From the IMG/VR virus record IMGVR_UViG_3300025831_000006, positions 6,331 through 70,330 of that record: a stretch of 64,000 nucleotides of DNA, one strand, 5' to 3'. Under the pieces are notes generated by a model, which made no database searches, was not told the DNA's origin, and was given only the letters and a program-made list of their open reading frames with translations. Source of the DNA: a virus. Lineage: Duplodnaviria; Caudoviricetes. Position 1 is the first letter of the stretch. Every line of letters begins with the position of its first letter. This document shows positions 38,501 through 48,324 of the stretch, piece by piece. Made by a program: the position numbers and the translations under genes.

Positions 38501-41500
38501 TGCTGAGTCAACTGAGAAAACTACAGAGACTCCCACTAAAGTGGATTCTACTGTAGAACAGGACCAGTCAACCAAAACTGAATCAACTACTCCAGTGGTT
38601 GAGAATGCTGGCGCACTGTCAGCCCTGGCACAGAAGTCCCCGGAGGGGACAGTATTCAAGGCTCGTAAGCTGATGGCTGACTTTTTCAGCCAAACTCCTG
38701 GACGAGATGGGGACAAGACTCTTCGGCCATTGGTTGCAGTCAAGGACTTTCTGAGTCAGCTGAGCTTCAAGACTGCGCTGCAGTACCTGAGTATCACTGA
38801 GTTGACTGATGCACAGCGTACTGTGCTAAAAACTTTCAAGGATGCTGCAGTGAGCTGGCAGGACACCTTTGAGAAGAATCTGGACAAGACCAGGAATCCT
38901 GATTTTTACTACACCGACATGATGCAGTTTTTGATGACAAGAACTGAGTCTGGTGTAAGTCTGGAGGAAAACCTCAAGACAGCGATGAGTTATGCGGCAT
39001 TCAGCTGGATTGCTGAGAACGCATCCCGCTCGCGCTTCAATACACCAGAGGAAATCAATGCGATTCTCGATCGGGAAGAAAGCCACATCGTCTCCAAGGA
39101 GGAGACTAAAGCGCTGGCTTTAGTAGGCACACGCCAGAACGTAGTGGCCAATGCACTAGGTCAGCGTGCAGTACAGGCCTTGGGCCTGAAGGCAATCAAG
39201 GGGGCACCGTCCGATCTGGCACCGCGACTGGAGAGCCAACTCGGTGCTCACATCTTCAAGATGTTGATGGATCAGGGGATCCTGGAACGGGTCACAGTTC
39301 CTGGTGCAGTCATGGCTCGCCTTAGCGGCAACAGCAAAACAGACTCTAATGTCTCATTTCAGTTCCTGCGTCTGGCTCGGAATGCAGAACATGGTTTATT
39401 GCCATCAGCAGCGTCAATTTACCAGGACAGTAAAGGTACCCAAGGTGTGCTGGACAAAATGTTCTCGGTTGAGTCGGCCCTCAAGGAGCCAAGCCTCGAA
39501 GCGATTCCTTACGAGCAGACCAAAACCAAGAATACCAATCAAGGTGTGCCCAGCAAGCTGGTCGAGATCATGGCCCATGAAAATGCGGTGCCCAGTTATA
39601 TACGCCAGGACATGTGGCAACTGGTGAACCAGCTCGACGATGACACCATGCTGGCAATTGCCGGTGCTGAAGACTTGGAAGGTAAGCAGATCGTCAACAT
39701 TGCCAGTGTCCAAGCTACCAATGATAGTCTGGCCCGTGAGCTTGACCGAATCAAGGGTTTCGTCAGTGGCATGGTGGATACGACAGCAGCATTGTTTTTT
39801 GAGCACATGGTATGGAAACAGCAGCGAGTGGGCATTGCCACCAATGTGGTCAATCCGCAGGCCAGCAAGATCCACCGGCACATGCTTTATCGCCAGTCTT
39901 GGGAAACCAAGATTGCACGCAATGACCTAGCCCAAATGGAAGCCTTCCAGCTGAGGGTGGCCGAGGGTCTTGGCGTCAAGACAGACAAACAAGCCAATGA
40001 AAACTCTCTGATTGTCTTTGCACAGAAGACATCTACTCCGGAGATCAAGGCTGCCGTGGAAGTCCTGGTTCAGATGCTACGCGGTGAAGACATGACCACT
40101 GCCAAGCAAGCTACCTTGCTGGCCGGTGTCAGAGCAGGTGGTGAAAAGATGCACTCGCTCGATGCTCTGATGGCGTTGGCACATGAGCAGTTCGCACAAA
40201 AACAGGACAGTTTCACTGTCCAGATGGTCGGTGAGGTCGACGGTGTTACCAATGGACCGATGCTGTCGCACCTGCTGATGGGTGCTGCAACCTCTGTTGC
40301 TGATCTGTTTGGCCTGCTAAACCGTGGTGGTTTCTACCAGGTCGGTAACGAGCACAGTCAGTACAACCTGTGGCGTAGCGCCGAGGGTCACTTTGACCTA
40401 TACGAGAACACCGCCCTGCACATGACCCAGGCCGTACAGGTCTTCATCAACCAGGGTGTTGTCATTGGCAAGGGCAAAATCATGGAAAGCGCCCGTGTCA
40501 AGCAGGTAATGGCGGCCATTTACAGTTTCACCGGCACTCTGGCCGATAAGGACAACGTGGTCCAGAAGGCTGGCCGGAACATCATCAAAACACCCCTGAC
40601 CGCGATGGTCTTCGGTTCCTCCGTTGGTTCGGCTGTGGAAAGCATGGCCAACAAGTTCGTTGAGTCCATTCATGCCGGGATCGAAGACCTGGCAGCAGGC
40701 AAGGGTGATCGGGGCACAGTGATCACAAGTATCAACCTACTCCTGAGCCAGTCCAAGGGAGTACAGAGAATTGCCACAAACCTGACTGTGGATCAGCTCA
40801 TGAAACTGGAGTTCAAGCCAGAACAGATTGATGCCCTGAAATGGGCTTTCAAGAACACGTTAGGCAAGGCAGTCGGTCAGACGATGCAGCAGGACTTTGA
40901 GGTATTCATCCAGCAACGCCAGGAATTCAACCAGGCAGCCCAGATCACATTCGAGCTATACAACGCGGTCTATACCGGTCTGCGGGAGCAGATGATTGAA
41001 CAGCTGATCGCTGCCGAAGTCAAAGAACCTGGTACTGGCATTGCCTACCTTGAGAAGAAGGACGGTTCTAGGGAAGCAATTCATGATTTGACTGCCCAGC
41101 AGGAAGCCTTGCTACGTAAGCAACTTGAAGACATGGCTCCGGTCATGCACACACTGATGTCCAAGGACAGTGGGCAACTAAATGCTGGCCTGTATATAGC
41201 CAAGTCTGACCATAAGCTGAGTACACGTCCCACCTACCAGGGTGAAGTCAAGTTTGGAACCAAGTTCAGTGACAACAATGCAGCATCAACTAAGACCCGT
41301 GGTTATGAGTCGGCCGACACGGCACCGGGTGTGGCCATGGCTCCCATGTCTATTCACTCGACCGACAGTGCCATCATGCACAACTCGATGGGTGAATCAG
41401 GTGCCTTAAACATCCATGACGCTAAAGGTGTCGGGGTTGGTGGTTTCCAGGCAGCAGCAAAAAGTCTAAACGAAAGCACCTGGGATGCAATGTTGCGCTA

Positions 41501-44500
41501 CTCGCCGGTTAGCGAGATGTTCGCTTCTTTGTCACGCACTGTGATTGGCTTGGCTGCCTTGGCTCAGGAAGGCAAACTCCCACCAATGGTGATTACCAAC
41601 CTGGCCAAGGCCCTGAAGGCATTCGCCGCAGACAAAGAGGTCGACGTGACCACCTTGGTTCATGACATGATGCACAATACTAGCGAATTGGCTTTCCGTG
41701 CTGACAATATGAAACTGCAGGCCCTGGAACAGATGGCCTCGATCGACCAATACGCCCTGCAAGGCGGTGCTTACACAGTCACAGACAAGAACCGCGCAGA
41801 GGCAGCTGCCCGCAGGGCAGAGCTGCCGAATGCGCTGTCCAAACAAGAAACAGAAGCCATCACCCAACTCGAGGCTCTGTTGGCCAAGGAGCTGACAGGC
41901 GAATTACCAGTGGCGGTCAAGGACATCGAGGAAGATGTGTTGGTCAAACAGGTCAAGCAGGTCAAGCAAAGTCCGTTCGGTGAGCTGGGCACGCCAACGA
42001 ATAAGAGTGATCCGGACTTGGTGGAGTTTTTCAAGGAAAACCCTAAGGCAACAGCCAAGCAGGTAATCGAGTACCTGTACCGCAAGTTGAGTACTGACCC
42101 TACAGCCAAGAATCGTGACTTCAACCTGAAGTTGTTGAAGATGTTGTCCAAAACAGTGAATCCTAATCTTACAATCAATTTGGTCACCTCGCAGACTCAA
42201 GCTACTGATGTGCTTGGTTTAGCTGATAAACCAGGACTAGGTTGGTATAGTGCTAGCGGTGTGGATGAAGCAATTTATGTTACTGGCACTGAGTTCACCC
42301 AGTCGAATATTCAGGTGGAAGTGCTGTTGCACGAGATGACTCATGCCGCCACTGCTTACCGATTGACCACCACAGCCGGAAAGATTTACCGGGCAGAGTT
42401 GGAAGCATTGCTTGAACAAGCTCGCCAATATGCCAAAGACAACGATATCCAAAAATTCGATGCTGCGTTGACCAATGTAGACGAACTGGTGGCCTACGGA
42501 ATGACCAGTCGGGCTTTTCAGCAAGAGCTGCTAGCCAAGACCCCAATAAAAAGCACGACACACAAGGGACTCTCTACTGCCCTAAAGGAATTCGTTGGAA
42601 CTCTGGCTCGATTGCTGGGTTTCACAGATGCCAAGGCAGCCAACGGATTGGGTAGCTTGATCATCAATGTCACGGCTTTAATGGCACAAAGTGCTAACGA
42701 ACAAGTCGGCACCCGAAACCTAGCCATGGCAACACAGCAGGAAGAGGTCGCTGCGATCCACGCCTACAGCACCTTTGATATCCATGAGGCTCTTGCAGAC
42801 ACCACAGCACCCCTTCCTGAAGCCTTTGATAATCACCTTCGTGGTTTGTTGGGTGGCATCGTGGACAAGCTCCACGGCCCGTTTGGTGCTTTTAAAGAAG
42901 CCATGCGCAAAAGTGAAGCTAGCAGTCCTTTGGATGTCTGGCTCAAAGCACTCGATACCGGCAAGGCACCCTTTGCCTCGACGATAGCATCCGGGCCTAT
43001 TCCCTCCAGTGCTCAGGAGTCCTTTGTCAGTTCCCAGGTAGAGGCTACGGTACGGGCTGCCTTGAACCACAATGATGCACGAGTCAAGATTGCCTATAAC
43101 GATCTGACCAAACTGTACATGGAAATGTATCGTACCTTGAACCATGATGGCCGGGACTTTCATACTGGTGACTGGGCTATTGCCACACCCACCGAGAAGG
43201 CATCCGCCAAGGCACAGTGGGATTTCTTTTTTGAACTAAGCAAGGCCTCTGGAGACAGGCTGGACCACTTGGCCCGCTTTGCTGCTTTGGGCCTGGCCAA
43301 CGAAAAGGTCAACAATATCCTTCAAAGAGCAACTGAAGTAAATGCCAAGCGTGCTGTAGATGCGAAGACCTGGGGTGAGCGCCTGCAGGCCATTTTTGAG
43401 AATGTGTTGGAATTTTTTCACAGCCGGTTGATGCACACCTACCAAGGCCAAAACGCAGACGAGAAGCTTGCTGTATTGGTGAGCCAGTTGGTGGACATCG
43501 AAGCCAAGCAGAAAAACCAACTGGCACATCCGGTGGAATCCAAGATTCTGGTTCCTATGGAAGATGCCGTCAAAAAATTCTCGGAAGCAATACGAGAAAA
43601 AGTGTCGGCTGCAGCCAGTTCTGATTTTGTCAAGAACAACAGCCACACAGTTGTTCGGACTGCAGGAAGTATCACGCGCACCATCGCCGGAAATCGGGTA
43701 GACCAGTTTCTGGAAGATGTACGTAAGTTGCGGGAACAAAACTTTGCAGGGCAACAAGGTATCTTTGCTTCGTTATTACAAGAGTACAAGGGACAAGACA
43801 AACTGTTTCAAGTCATGATTCGCATGGCCAAAATGACTGAAGGTGCTCGCAAAGACAAAATCACAGGTTTTGGTAAGTCTGCTATGGCTGCCTTCATTGA
43901 CAATGGCAAGGCGTTCACTGGCTCTTCAGATCAGGCCAAGGTAGCTAGAAAGGCAGTCTCTGCCGTCTTCCTGCGCACGGGGGCACACAACTTGCTGGAT
44001 CATTACAGTTTGGCTGAGATTGAACACCTGATAGGTGACCAAACGATACGCGATGCAGCGATCACCGACTTTGAAAATCAGCTTGGTGTATTCGGTAGCT
44101 TTAGCCCCTATTTCACCAAGCAAGCTAATGTGCTTGGAATGTATAAGGCCACGGGCCAAGTTCGTGACAAGTTCCTGGTGATGAACTCTTATGTGATCTC
44201 TCGGATGCTGGGCACATCCCAGGCTTCACAAATCACAGAGGCACAAGCCAACCAGGCAGAGAAACTCATTAAGATGTTGGTCACGTTGTACGCCCTACGC
44301 TACTCCGACAGCACGGCACTGGCCTCGGCTAAGGAAATCATCAGCATTGAAAATGGCCGCAATGGTGAGAATGGCATCGAGTTCCTGCTTGATTTACACA
44401 AGCACTTGGAAGCTGACTCACTGGCACGATTGTTCCAGGGTAACCCAACGCAGATGGTTCATGGCTACACTTCGGAAATCTATGACCCGCGTATTGATGT

Positions 44501-46310
44501 AACAACGGCCAATGCGCTGGAAGGCGCTGATCTGGTGGCTCAAGGATATGTCAAGGGTGCCCAAATATCCTTGGATCCGGCTGATCCAAACCAGGAAGTT
44601 CAGCACCTGTACTCCTTGTCCGATGGTGGCCTGGTTCGACGTGTCACAGGGGTGTTCTCTTATACCGGCAAGCGGGCCAAGGGTTCTTCAATTCACAACG
44701 GCTACATGAACTCCAATACAGTAGCTGGCTTGGCCAATGCCGCAACCAATGCCAACATCGCACAGGATCGAGTGGCAGCTATCAACGACCTGTTCCGTGC
44801 TGGCCCAGTCCCTGATTTGTCTCAAGTCAAATCCAGTTACATGGCCCCGATATTTGACCAACAGGGTCAGCCAGTCAAGTGGCGTTACCTGATGTCTGAG
44901 AATACCAAAGATAGCCTGCTCAAACGAGACAACCGCTTTGACAAGGTGATTGGCACGGTTGCTGGCTCGATTTACGACAAAGCCACGACCCAGGAACAGA
45001 ACCTAAAGGCGGTGCAGGCGCTGAAGGAATTCCATCAGAAGGACTATGCACTGAACCCCAAGGGCTACATGCTGGTAGGCGACAAAAGTACTGATCCAGA
45101 GATGCAAGAAATCTGGAACCTACTGCCACAAGACACTCAACGTGATATCCGCAAGATATGGGGCTACAACGGCATGATGGTGCGCGCCGATAACTTGGAC
45201 ATCATGTTTGGGTATCGCAAACTATCCCTGGCCACCATGTTCCAGAAGGATCCTAAGGCCAGAGCCGAGTGGGAGAAGCTGATTGTCTATTTTGGGGAAG
45301 CACTCTTCGGTCAAAAGGCTGGGTTACGTGTGGCCCAGGGGGAAAAGGGTTGGCAAGAGATAGTTGCTGAAACCAAGGATATCATCGTGGTGAAGTCTGG
45401 CGTGGTCATGCTGGCTAATATCAAAGCCAATATGTGGCTGCTTCACATGTCTGGGGTTTCACTGACTGATATGCTCCGCAATCACTTAGTTGCATTAAAG
45501 GGTGTCACAGCCTACCAAAAGGACATCACCGAACTAGAGCGGCTCAAGGTGTTGCGGGACACCGGGTACACCCAAGGCAAGGGTGCTCAGATCGATCGCG
45601 AGATACTGCTACTCAAAGATAGCATTGTTCGCAACCCAGTTGGCAAGCTGATAGCCGGTGGTCTGATGCCCACCATCGTGGAAGATGTGGATCCAGAGGA
45701 TGACCTGTATTCTTACAAGAGTGCAGCTACACGCAAATTCCAAGCATTCACTGGGGAGTTGAACCCAGCGATTGTGAACGTGGCCAAGTATGTGTACATA
45801 GCCCATGACACGCCGTTGTATCAAGGCTTACGGCATGTTACACAATTGTCGGACTTCGTGGCTCGGTATACTCTTTATCAACACTTGGTCAACAAGGCTG
45901 AAGGTAAGTTGAACCACGAAGAGGCTATTCAAGAAGCCAGTGATGCCTTCGTGAACTATGACATCCCAATGCACCGTGCCATTCAGTATAGTGATGATAT
46001 GGGTCTGACGCTGTTTACTAAGTACTTCCTGCGCATCCAGAAGGTGCTGGCTAAGACGGTCAAGGACAATCCCGCTAGAGTACTTACCGGGATCATACTG
46101 GCCCGTTACCTGAGCTTAGGTCCCACCGTTCTAGAGGAAAGTTCCATGTGGACAAAGATCGGCAACAACCCGCTACACAATGGTGCGTTCAAGTTCTTCC
46201 AGACGGTAGATGAACTGACTACTATCAGTAGTGTAGCGTCTATATTTCAAACCGGTGCAGCAGCCCCTGTGATTGGTACAGTTGCCAAGGTGGCAGGGTT
46301 GCCGGGTTAA
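35565..46310 (+). CDS. Virion-encapsidated RNA polymerase (N4 gp50-like), 3581 aa
   Basis: Motif A EVDGVTNGP, motif B RNIIKTPLTAMVFGS, motif C IHDA; apparently cysteine-free by visual scan, like N4 vRNAP. Confidence 0.96.
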   Translation: MAEFNVDDYFAQRSNAIAVQDGPDPIGDKYLQLRNASEEKVRQLAEMSAISTQREAANSKSWSGQLSLDPASPTGKATNLAASLYAGTIGVAGRLESAPFSLVAGINQANLSESDIAALARHEKGQATPADLIQLNRKVAPTVAPTPNMPRDLAQAHANERAQAMADSNPNSPTPLSIWKEMNKARDISRTITEAIDASSIVHQGDRDQFNSDLLGVYNTNTSQVTQGWDAFKSGDKLEGAANITAGVAKLLLGAGSAVLNNKQATVEYITENAPQLFLGAAGNAGRLAQLTDNIANAANIYNEGIQSYQANNNGALPPEEDRQKMALYAASHAASEQLGDKIGLAATKLTGKAANDAVRASLKTALKYTTGAVAEGLVSEGPTEAYQQFAEGQITGKPATGAEIFTAGVIGAASGAGLSGGGRATHEIAKLATQANGPRAGIETSPEQAKVQKAAIISGDVSALLDPKHPFYDPGMAVAALVGHSQQETTTPEQKQVNVTKAAEIVADLETQRDAAKAILATPEEKQAELDDLKTSMAAVDPADTAKIEQYQAVIQAQEEAIAAKPLTKAEIRGYQTRLSQIEGQLVQARTSQAELGRMVQTNESIDEHIANISKPVDTTASKDAQAADAASVAASAERVINLAMVSPERLDAKVIAKLAADETNALTPPQRAYLSAFARAQESDPTLRQSHVAKDIYFGQYGNKGVLQYRQGMTQAVTSGQENKAQRELASIDKFALAHQAKAEAAKTAIAQGLGTPILKVAGQWVAGTRGQVLTKEQKKDGGRVVNSGNLVTAITSEAAALNDVAIELRATYDLKFNTGVNHVQNQAQQGSGTQTTASSPAEQVAASGGSNIATQSAGATNVKPVAVVGTDVGKAGGVKNWDTMKKGDLITLYRGESAANDTNGQWWTTDRAKAESYGVVTEVTLPSEVVGQYAAKGHNRPDEFVFPGKKPTELVEKTAVNEEAHASSVNTEVTQNAESTEKTTETPTKVDSTVEQDQSTKTESTTPVVENAGALSALAQKSPEGTVFKARKLMADFFSQTPGRDGDKTLRPLVAVKDFLSQLSFKTALQYLSITELTDAQRTVLKTFKDAAVSWQDTFEKNLDKTRNPDFYYTDMMQFLMTRTESGVSLEENLKTAMSYAAFSWIAENASRSRFNTPEEINAILDREESHIVSKEETKALALVGTRQNVVANALGQRAVQALGLKAIKGAPSDLAPRLESQLGAHIFKMLMDQGILERVTVPGAVMARLSGNSKTDSNVSFQFLRLARNAEHGLLPSAASIYQDSKGTQGVLDKMFSVESALKEPSLEAIPYEQTKTKNTNQGVPSKLVEIMAHENAVPSYIRQDMWQLVNQLDDDTMLAIAGAEDLEGKQIVNIASVQATNDSLARELDRIKGFVSGMVDTTAALFFEHMVWKQQRVGIATNVVNPQASKIHRHMLYRQSWETKIARNDLAQMEAFQLRVAEGLGVKTDKQANENSLIVFAQKTSTPEIKAAVEVLVQMLRGEDMTTAKQATLLAGVRAGGEKMHSLDALMALAHEQFAQKQDSFTVQMVGEVDGVTNGPMLSHLLMGAATSVADLFGLLNRGGFYQVGNEHSQYNLWRSAEGHFDLYENTALHMTQAVQVFINQGVVIGKGKIMESARVKQVMAAIYSFTGTLADKDNVVQKAGRNIIKTPLTAMVFGSSVGSAVESMANKFVESIHAGIEDLAAGKGDRGTVITSINLLLSQSKGVQRIATNLTVDQLMKLEFKPEQIDALKWAFKNTLGKAVGQTMQQDFEVFIQQRQEFNQAAQITFELYNAVYTGLREQMIEQLIAAEVKEPGTGIAYLEKKDGSREAIHDLTAQQEALLRKQLEDMAPVMHTLMSKDSGQLNAGLYIAKSDHKLSTRPTYQGEVKFGTKFSDNNAASTKTRGYESADTAPGVAMAPMSIHSTDSAIMHNSMGESGALNIHDAKGVGVGGFQAAAKSLNESTWDAMLRYSPVSEMFASLSRTVIGLAALAQEGKLPPMVITNLAKALKAFAADKEVDVTTLVHDMMHNTSELAFRADNMKLQALEQMASIDQYALQGGAYTVTDKNRAEAAARRAELPNALSKQETEAITQLEALLAKELTGELPVAVKDIEEDVLVKQVKQVKQSPFGELGTPTNKSDPDLVEFFKENPKATAKQVIEYLYRKLSTDPTAKNRDFNLKLLKMLSKTVNPNLTINLVTSQTQATDVLGLADKPGLGWYSASGVDEAIYVTGTEFTQSNIQVEVLLHEMTHAATAYRLTTTAGKIYRAELEALLEQARQYAKDNDIQKFDAALTNVDELVAYGMTSRAFQQELLAKTPIKSTTHKGLSTALKEFVGTLARLLGFTDAKAANGLGSLIINVTALMAQSANEQVGTRNLAMATQQEEVAAIHAYSTFDIHEALADTTAPLPEAFDNHLRGLLGGIVDKLHGPFGAFKEAMRKSEASSPLDVWLKALDTGKAPFASTIASGPIPSSAQESFVSSQVEATVRAALNHNDARVKIAYNDLTKLYMEMYRTLNHDGRDFHTGDWAIATPTEKASAKAQWDFFFELSKASGDRLDHLARFAALGLANEKVNNILQRATEVNAKRAVDAKTWGERLQAIFENVLEFFHSRLMHTYQGQNADEKLAVLVSQLVDIEAKQKNQLAHPVESKILVPMEDAVKKFSEAIREKVSAAASSDFVKNNSHTVVRTAGSITRTIAGNRVDQFLEDVRKLREQNFAGQQGIFASLLQEYKGQDKLFQVMIRMAKMTEGARKDKITGFGKSAMAAFIDNGKAFTGSSDQAKVARKAVSAVFLRTGAHNLLDHYSLAEIEHLIGDQTIRDAAITDFENQLGVFGSFSPYFTKQANVLGMYKATGQVRDKFLVMNSYVISRMLGTSQASQITEAQANQAEKLIKMLVTLYALRYSDSTALASAKEIISIENGRNGENGIEFLLDLHKHLEADSLARLFQGNPTQMVHGYTSEIYDPRIDVTTANALEGADLVAQGYVKGAQISLDPADPNQEVQHLYSLSDGGLVRRVTGVFSYTGKRAKGSSIHNGYMNSNTVAGLANAATNANIAQDRVAAINDLFRAGPVPDLSQVKSSYMAPIFDQQGQPVKWRYLMSENTKDSLLKRDNRFDKVIGTVAGSIYDKATTQEQNLKAVQALKEFHQKDYALNPKGYMLVGDKSTDPEMQEIWNLLPQDTQRDIRKIWGYNGMMVRADNLDIMFGYRKLSLATMFQKDPKARAEWEKLIVYFGEALFGQKAGLRVAQGEKGWQEIVAETKDIIVVKSGVVMLANIKANMWLLHMSGVSLTDMLRNHLVALKGVTAYQKDITELERLKVLRDTGYTQGKGAQIDREILLLKDSIVRNPVGKLIAGGLMPTIVEDVDPEDDLYSYKSAATRKFQAFTGELNPAIVNVAKYVYIAHDTPLYQGLRHVTQLSDFVARYTLYQHLVNKAEGKLNHEEAIQEASDAFVNYDIPMHRAIQYSDDMGLTLFTKYFLRIQKVLAKTVKDNPARVLTGIILARYLSLGPTVLEESSMWTKIGNNPLHNGAFKFFQTVDELTTISSVASIFQTGAAAPVIGTVAKVAGLPG

Positions 46311-46315
46311 AACTC

Positions 46316-46347
46316 TCAAGGGAATACCCAGACAGGTATTCTCTTGA
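46316..46347. terminator. Hairpin between convergent vRNAP and replication genes
   Basis: TCAAGGGAATACC-CAGACA-GGTATTCTCTTGA. Confidence 0.7.
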
Positions 46348-46389
46348 AAGTGCCTGTCTTTCCAGGCTGTCATATTCCAAGTCACTGCG

Positions 46390-46569
46390 CTATTTTTTAT
46401 TAGTGAAATACACTCTTATGGCGGCAGCGGTGAATAAAACCGCTCCAGCCACATCGAGAAAGATTCCTAGAGCGAACCCGGCGATGATAATGAATAAACC
46501 GCCGAAGCAAAGCGCAGTGAATACAGCAACGGCGGCTATCAGGTAGCCGATCCCTTTCAGTACTCCCAC
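46390..46569 (-). CDS. 59-aa hydrophobic membrane protein, not in ORF track
   Basis: MGVLKGIGYLIAAVAVFTALCFGGLFIIIAGFALGIFLDVAGAVLFTAAAIRVYFTNKK (GTG start). Confidence 0.6.
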   Translation of the reverse strand: MGVLKGIGYLIAAVAVFTALCFGGLFIIIAGFALGIFLDVAGAVLFTAAAIRVYFTNKK

Positions 46570-46581
46570 GATTCAGCCTGG

Positions 46582-46899
46582 TCAGTTGAACAGGCTAACG
46601 GACTTGGTAATTGTTCCCAGCACAGGTTCCAGTGCCGCAACCGGCTCTGGCATGGCGTCTGTTGTCAGGGATTCTGCAACAGCGCTTTGTACCAGGGTCA
46701 AGCTGGTGGGTTCTTTTTCGGCTTCAGAGAAGCCTGGAATATCGAAGTCATCGATTGCTAAGTCGGCAGTGATGCCTGCTTCCTTGCGCCCTGCGGTGAA
46801 GGTGATGATCACTTCTTTGCCCGTCAGGTCAATCCCCTTTTGGGTAATGTACTGTTTTAGGGCAGCAACAATTTCCATTTGTTTTAGTTGAATTTGCAT
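46582..46899 (-). CDS. Conserved N4-like hypothetical protein
   Basis: MQIQLKQMEIVAALKQYI..FTAGRK. Confidence 0.75.
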   Translation of the reverse strand: MQIQLKQMEIVAALKQYITQKGIDLTGKEVIITFTAGRKEAGITADLAIDDFDIPGFSEAEKEPTSLTLVQSAVAESLTTDAMPEPVAALEPVLGTITKSVSLFN

Positions 46900-46911
46900 T
46901 GGTTCCTTTGG

Positions 46912-47511
46912 TTAATAATGCGTTGCCATAAAAGGCAACAGTTGTTGGAACGCGTTGCAGGATATGCCCGCGTAAATAGCACCCGTTGCATCAGCCTGGT
47001 GTTCAGCTTTCGCCTCACTAACCAGAATAGTACCGTTTTGCTTGTAAGTGGGCCAATTAGCTTCGGGATGCTTGGCCATTGCCCACTCAATCATGTCTCG
47101 TTTGGAAGCAGTCCTATTGCCAGGACCAGCAAGTTTGACCTCAGTTGGAGTCACCTCGAAGAAGGGAATACCATTCGCTCTCAGTGCCCCAAGGACGCCC
47201 ACACAGATTCCGTATGAAGCCATAGCCCGAGCGGATTGGGATCCAATCGGGACTTCAACGAAGACTGCATGAGCGCCCTCAGCAAAAGCAACGGCTCTTT
47301 GGTAGAGCTGGAATGCAGACTCAAGGTCGAGACTGTTTTGACGTACCTGTTTACCTTTGGAGAGTTCGGGGCACGTCACTGCCAAGTTGTCGATCAGAAG
47401 TTTTTTAGTTTCCAGGTTGTAAGAGCCAGCTGCTAGACCCCAATTACGCAGTGAAGGGTCAAACCCAATGAGGCGTAGGTTACGCCCCATTAGCCGTGGT
47501 GGGTTCTTCAC
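46912..47511 (-). CDS. RuvC-like Holliday junction resolvase
   Basis: IGFDPSLRNWG, VFVEVP, TPTEVK, EHQADA. Confidence 0.85.
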   Translation of the reverse strand: MKNPPRLMGRNLRLIGFDPSLRNWGLAAGSYNLETKKLLIDNLAVTCPELSKGKQVRQNSLDLESAFQLYQRAVAFAEGAHAVFVEVPIGSQSARAMASYGICVGVLGALRANGIPFFEVTPTEVKLAGPGNRTASKRDMIEWAMAKHPEANWPTYKQNGTILVSEAKAEHQADATGAIYAGISCNAFQQLLPFMATHY

Positions 47512-47764
47512 AGAGAAACGGCAAGGTGCCCAACTCTATGAGTGCCAGACCAAGACCAGCTTTGAAACCAGCGAGCATATCGCCAGTCATGACAATCGAT
47601 TCGGGGGAATCACCCACCGACATTTCCGTACCTTCGGGGAGATCGATCATGTGTTCTAGCACAGCAACCTTCTGGGAATGCCAGCCGGTAAGTAGCTTTA
47701 CAAGTTGATCCAGATCAGCAATCTCGACGGTTTCAGGTGCTTGCGCCTCAACGGCGCCAGTCAT
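47480..47764 (-). CDS. Hypothetical protein
   Basis: 94 aa, overlap-coupled to neighbours. Confidence 0.65.
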   Translation of the reverse strand: MTGAVEAQAPETVEIADLDQLVKLLTGWHSQKVAVLEHMIDLPEGTEMSVGDSPESIVMTGDMLAGFKAGLGLALIELGTLPFLCEEPTTANGA

Positions 47765-48144
47765 GGTGCTTCCTGGTGGAGTTGTTCCTTGAGCAGGAAC
47801 CCAAGGAGCGGCCAGACCTTTTGCACAGCGTTCTGCCGTGCAATGTTGCGGCCAATCTCAGCGTCGAAGTTCTCAGGGGATGCGCAGGCTGACTCACCAG
47901 TGACGATGAAGCCGTTGCGAAGGACCAAGACGCAGAAGGTCAGGAGGTCGAGCGACTTCTCCCAGCAGTAGCTGGGGTGACTATCAGCTTCCTTGCTGAC
48001 ACCCTGGCCCGCTGTGAAGTAATACTCGCTGGCGATATTCGCCTCGATGTCCGCAGGCGTCACGCGCGGGGCTGTGAGCCTCTTGGCGATGATCTGGCGT
48101 TCAATGCCAGGATCGGTATGGTCAGGTGATGCAATGTGGTTCAT
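47761..48144 (-). CDS. N4 gp49 / Sf6 gene 66 family protein
   Basis: RVTPADIEA..LTFCVLVLRNGFIVTGESACASPENFDAEIG. Confidence 0.85.
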   Translation of the reverse strand: MNHIASPDHTDPGIERQIIAKRLTAPRVTPADIEANIASEYYFTAGQGVSKEADSHPSYCWEKSLDLLTFCVLVLRNGFIVTGESACASPENFDAEIGRNIARQNAVQKVWPLLGFLLKEQLHQEAP

Positions 48145-48324
48145 GGTTCCTTTCAGGTTGGTTAATCAAATGCTTCGTATACACGGGCTGGTGGATCCAG
48201 GGGATACCAGGCAGCCAGTGCAGCCTCCGCTTCTTCTTGACACGGGTATGGAGCAGTGACAGCAATCCATCCGATTTCTCGGATGTACTGCTGCACCACC
48301 CAGCCCAGGTTGGTACTCACCAGT

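Noticed and set aside
35565-46310. Many 60-170 aa ORFs antisense to or overlapping vRNAP and other long genes
   Set aside because: These are shadow ORFs with no motifs, SD sites or operon logic.
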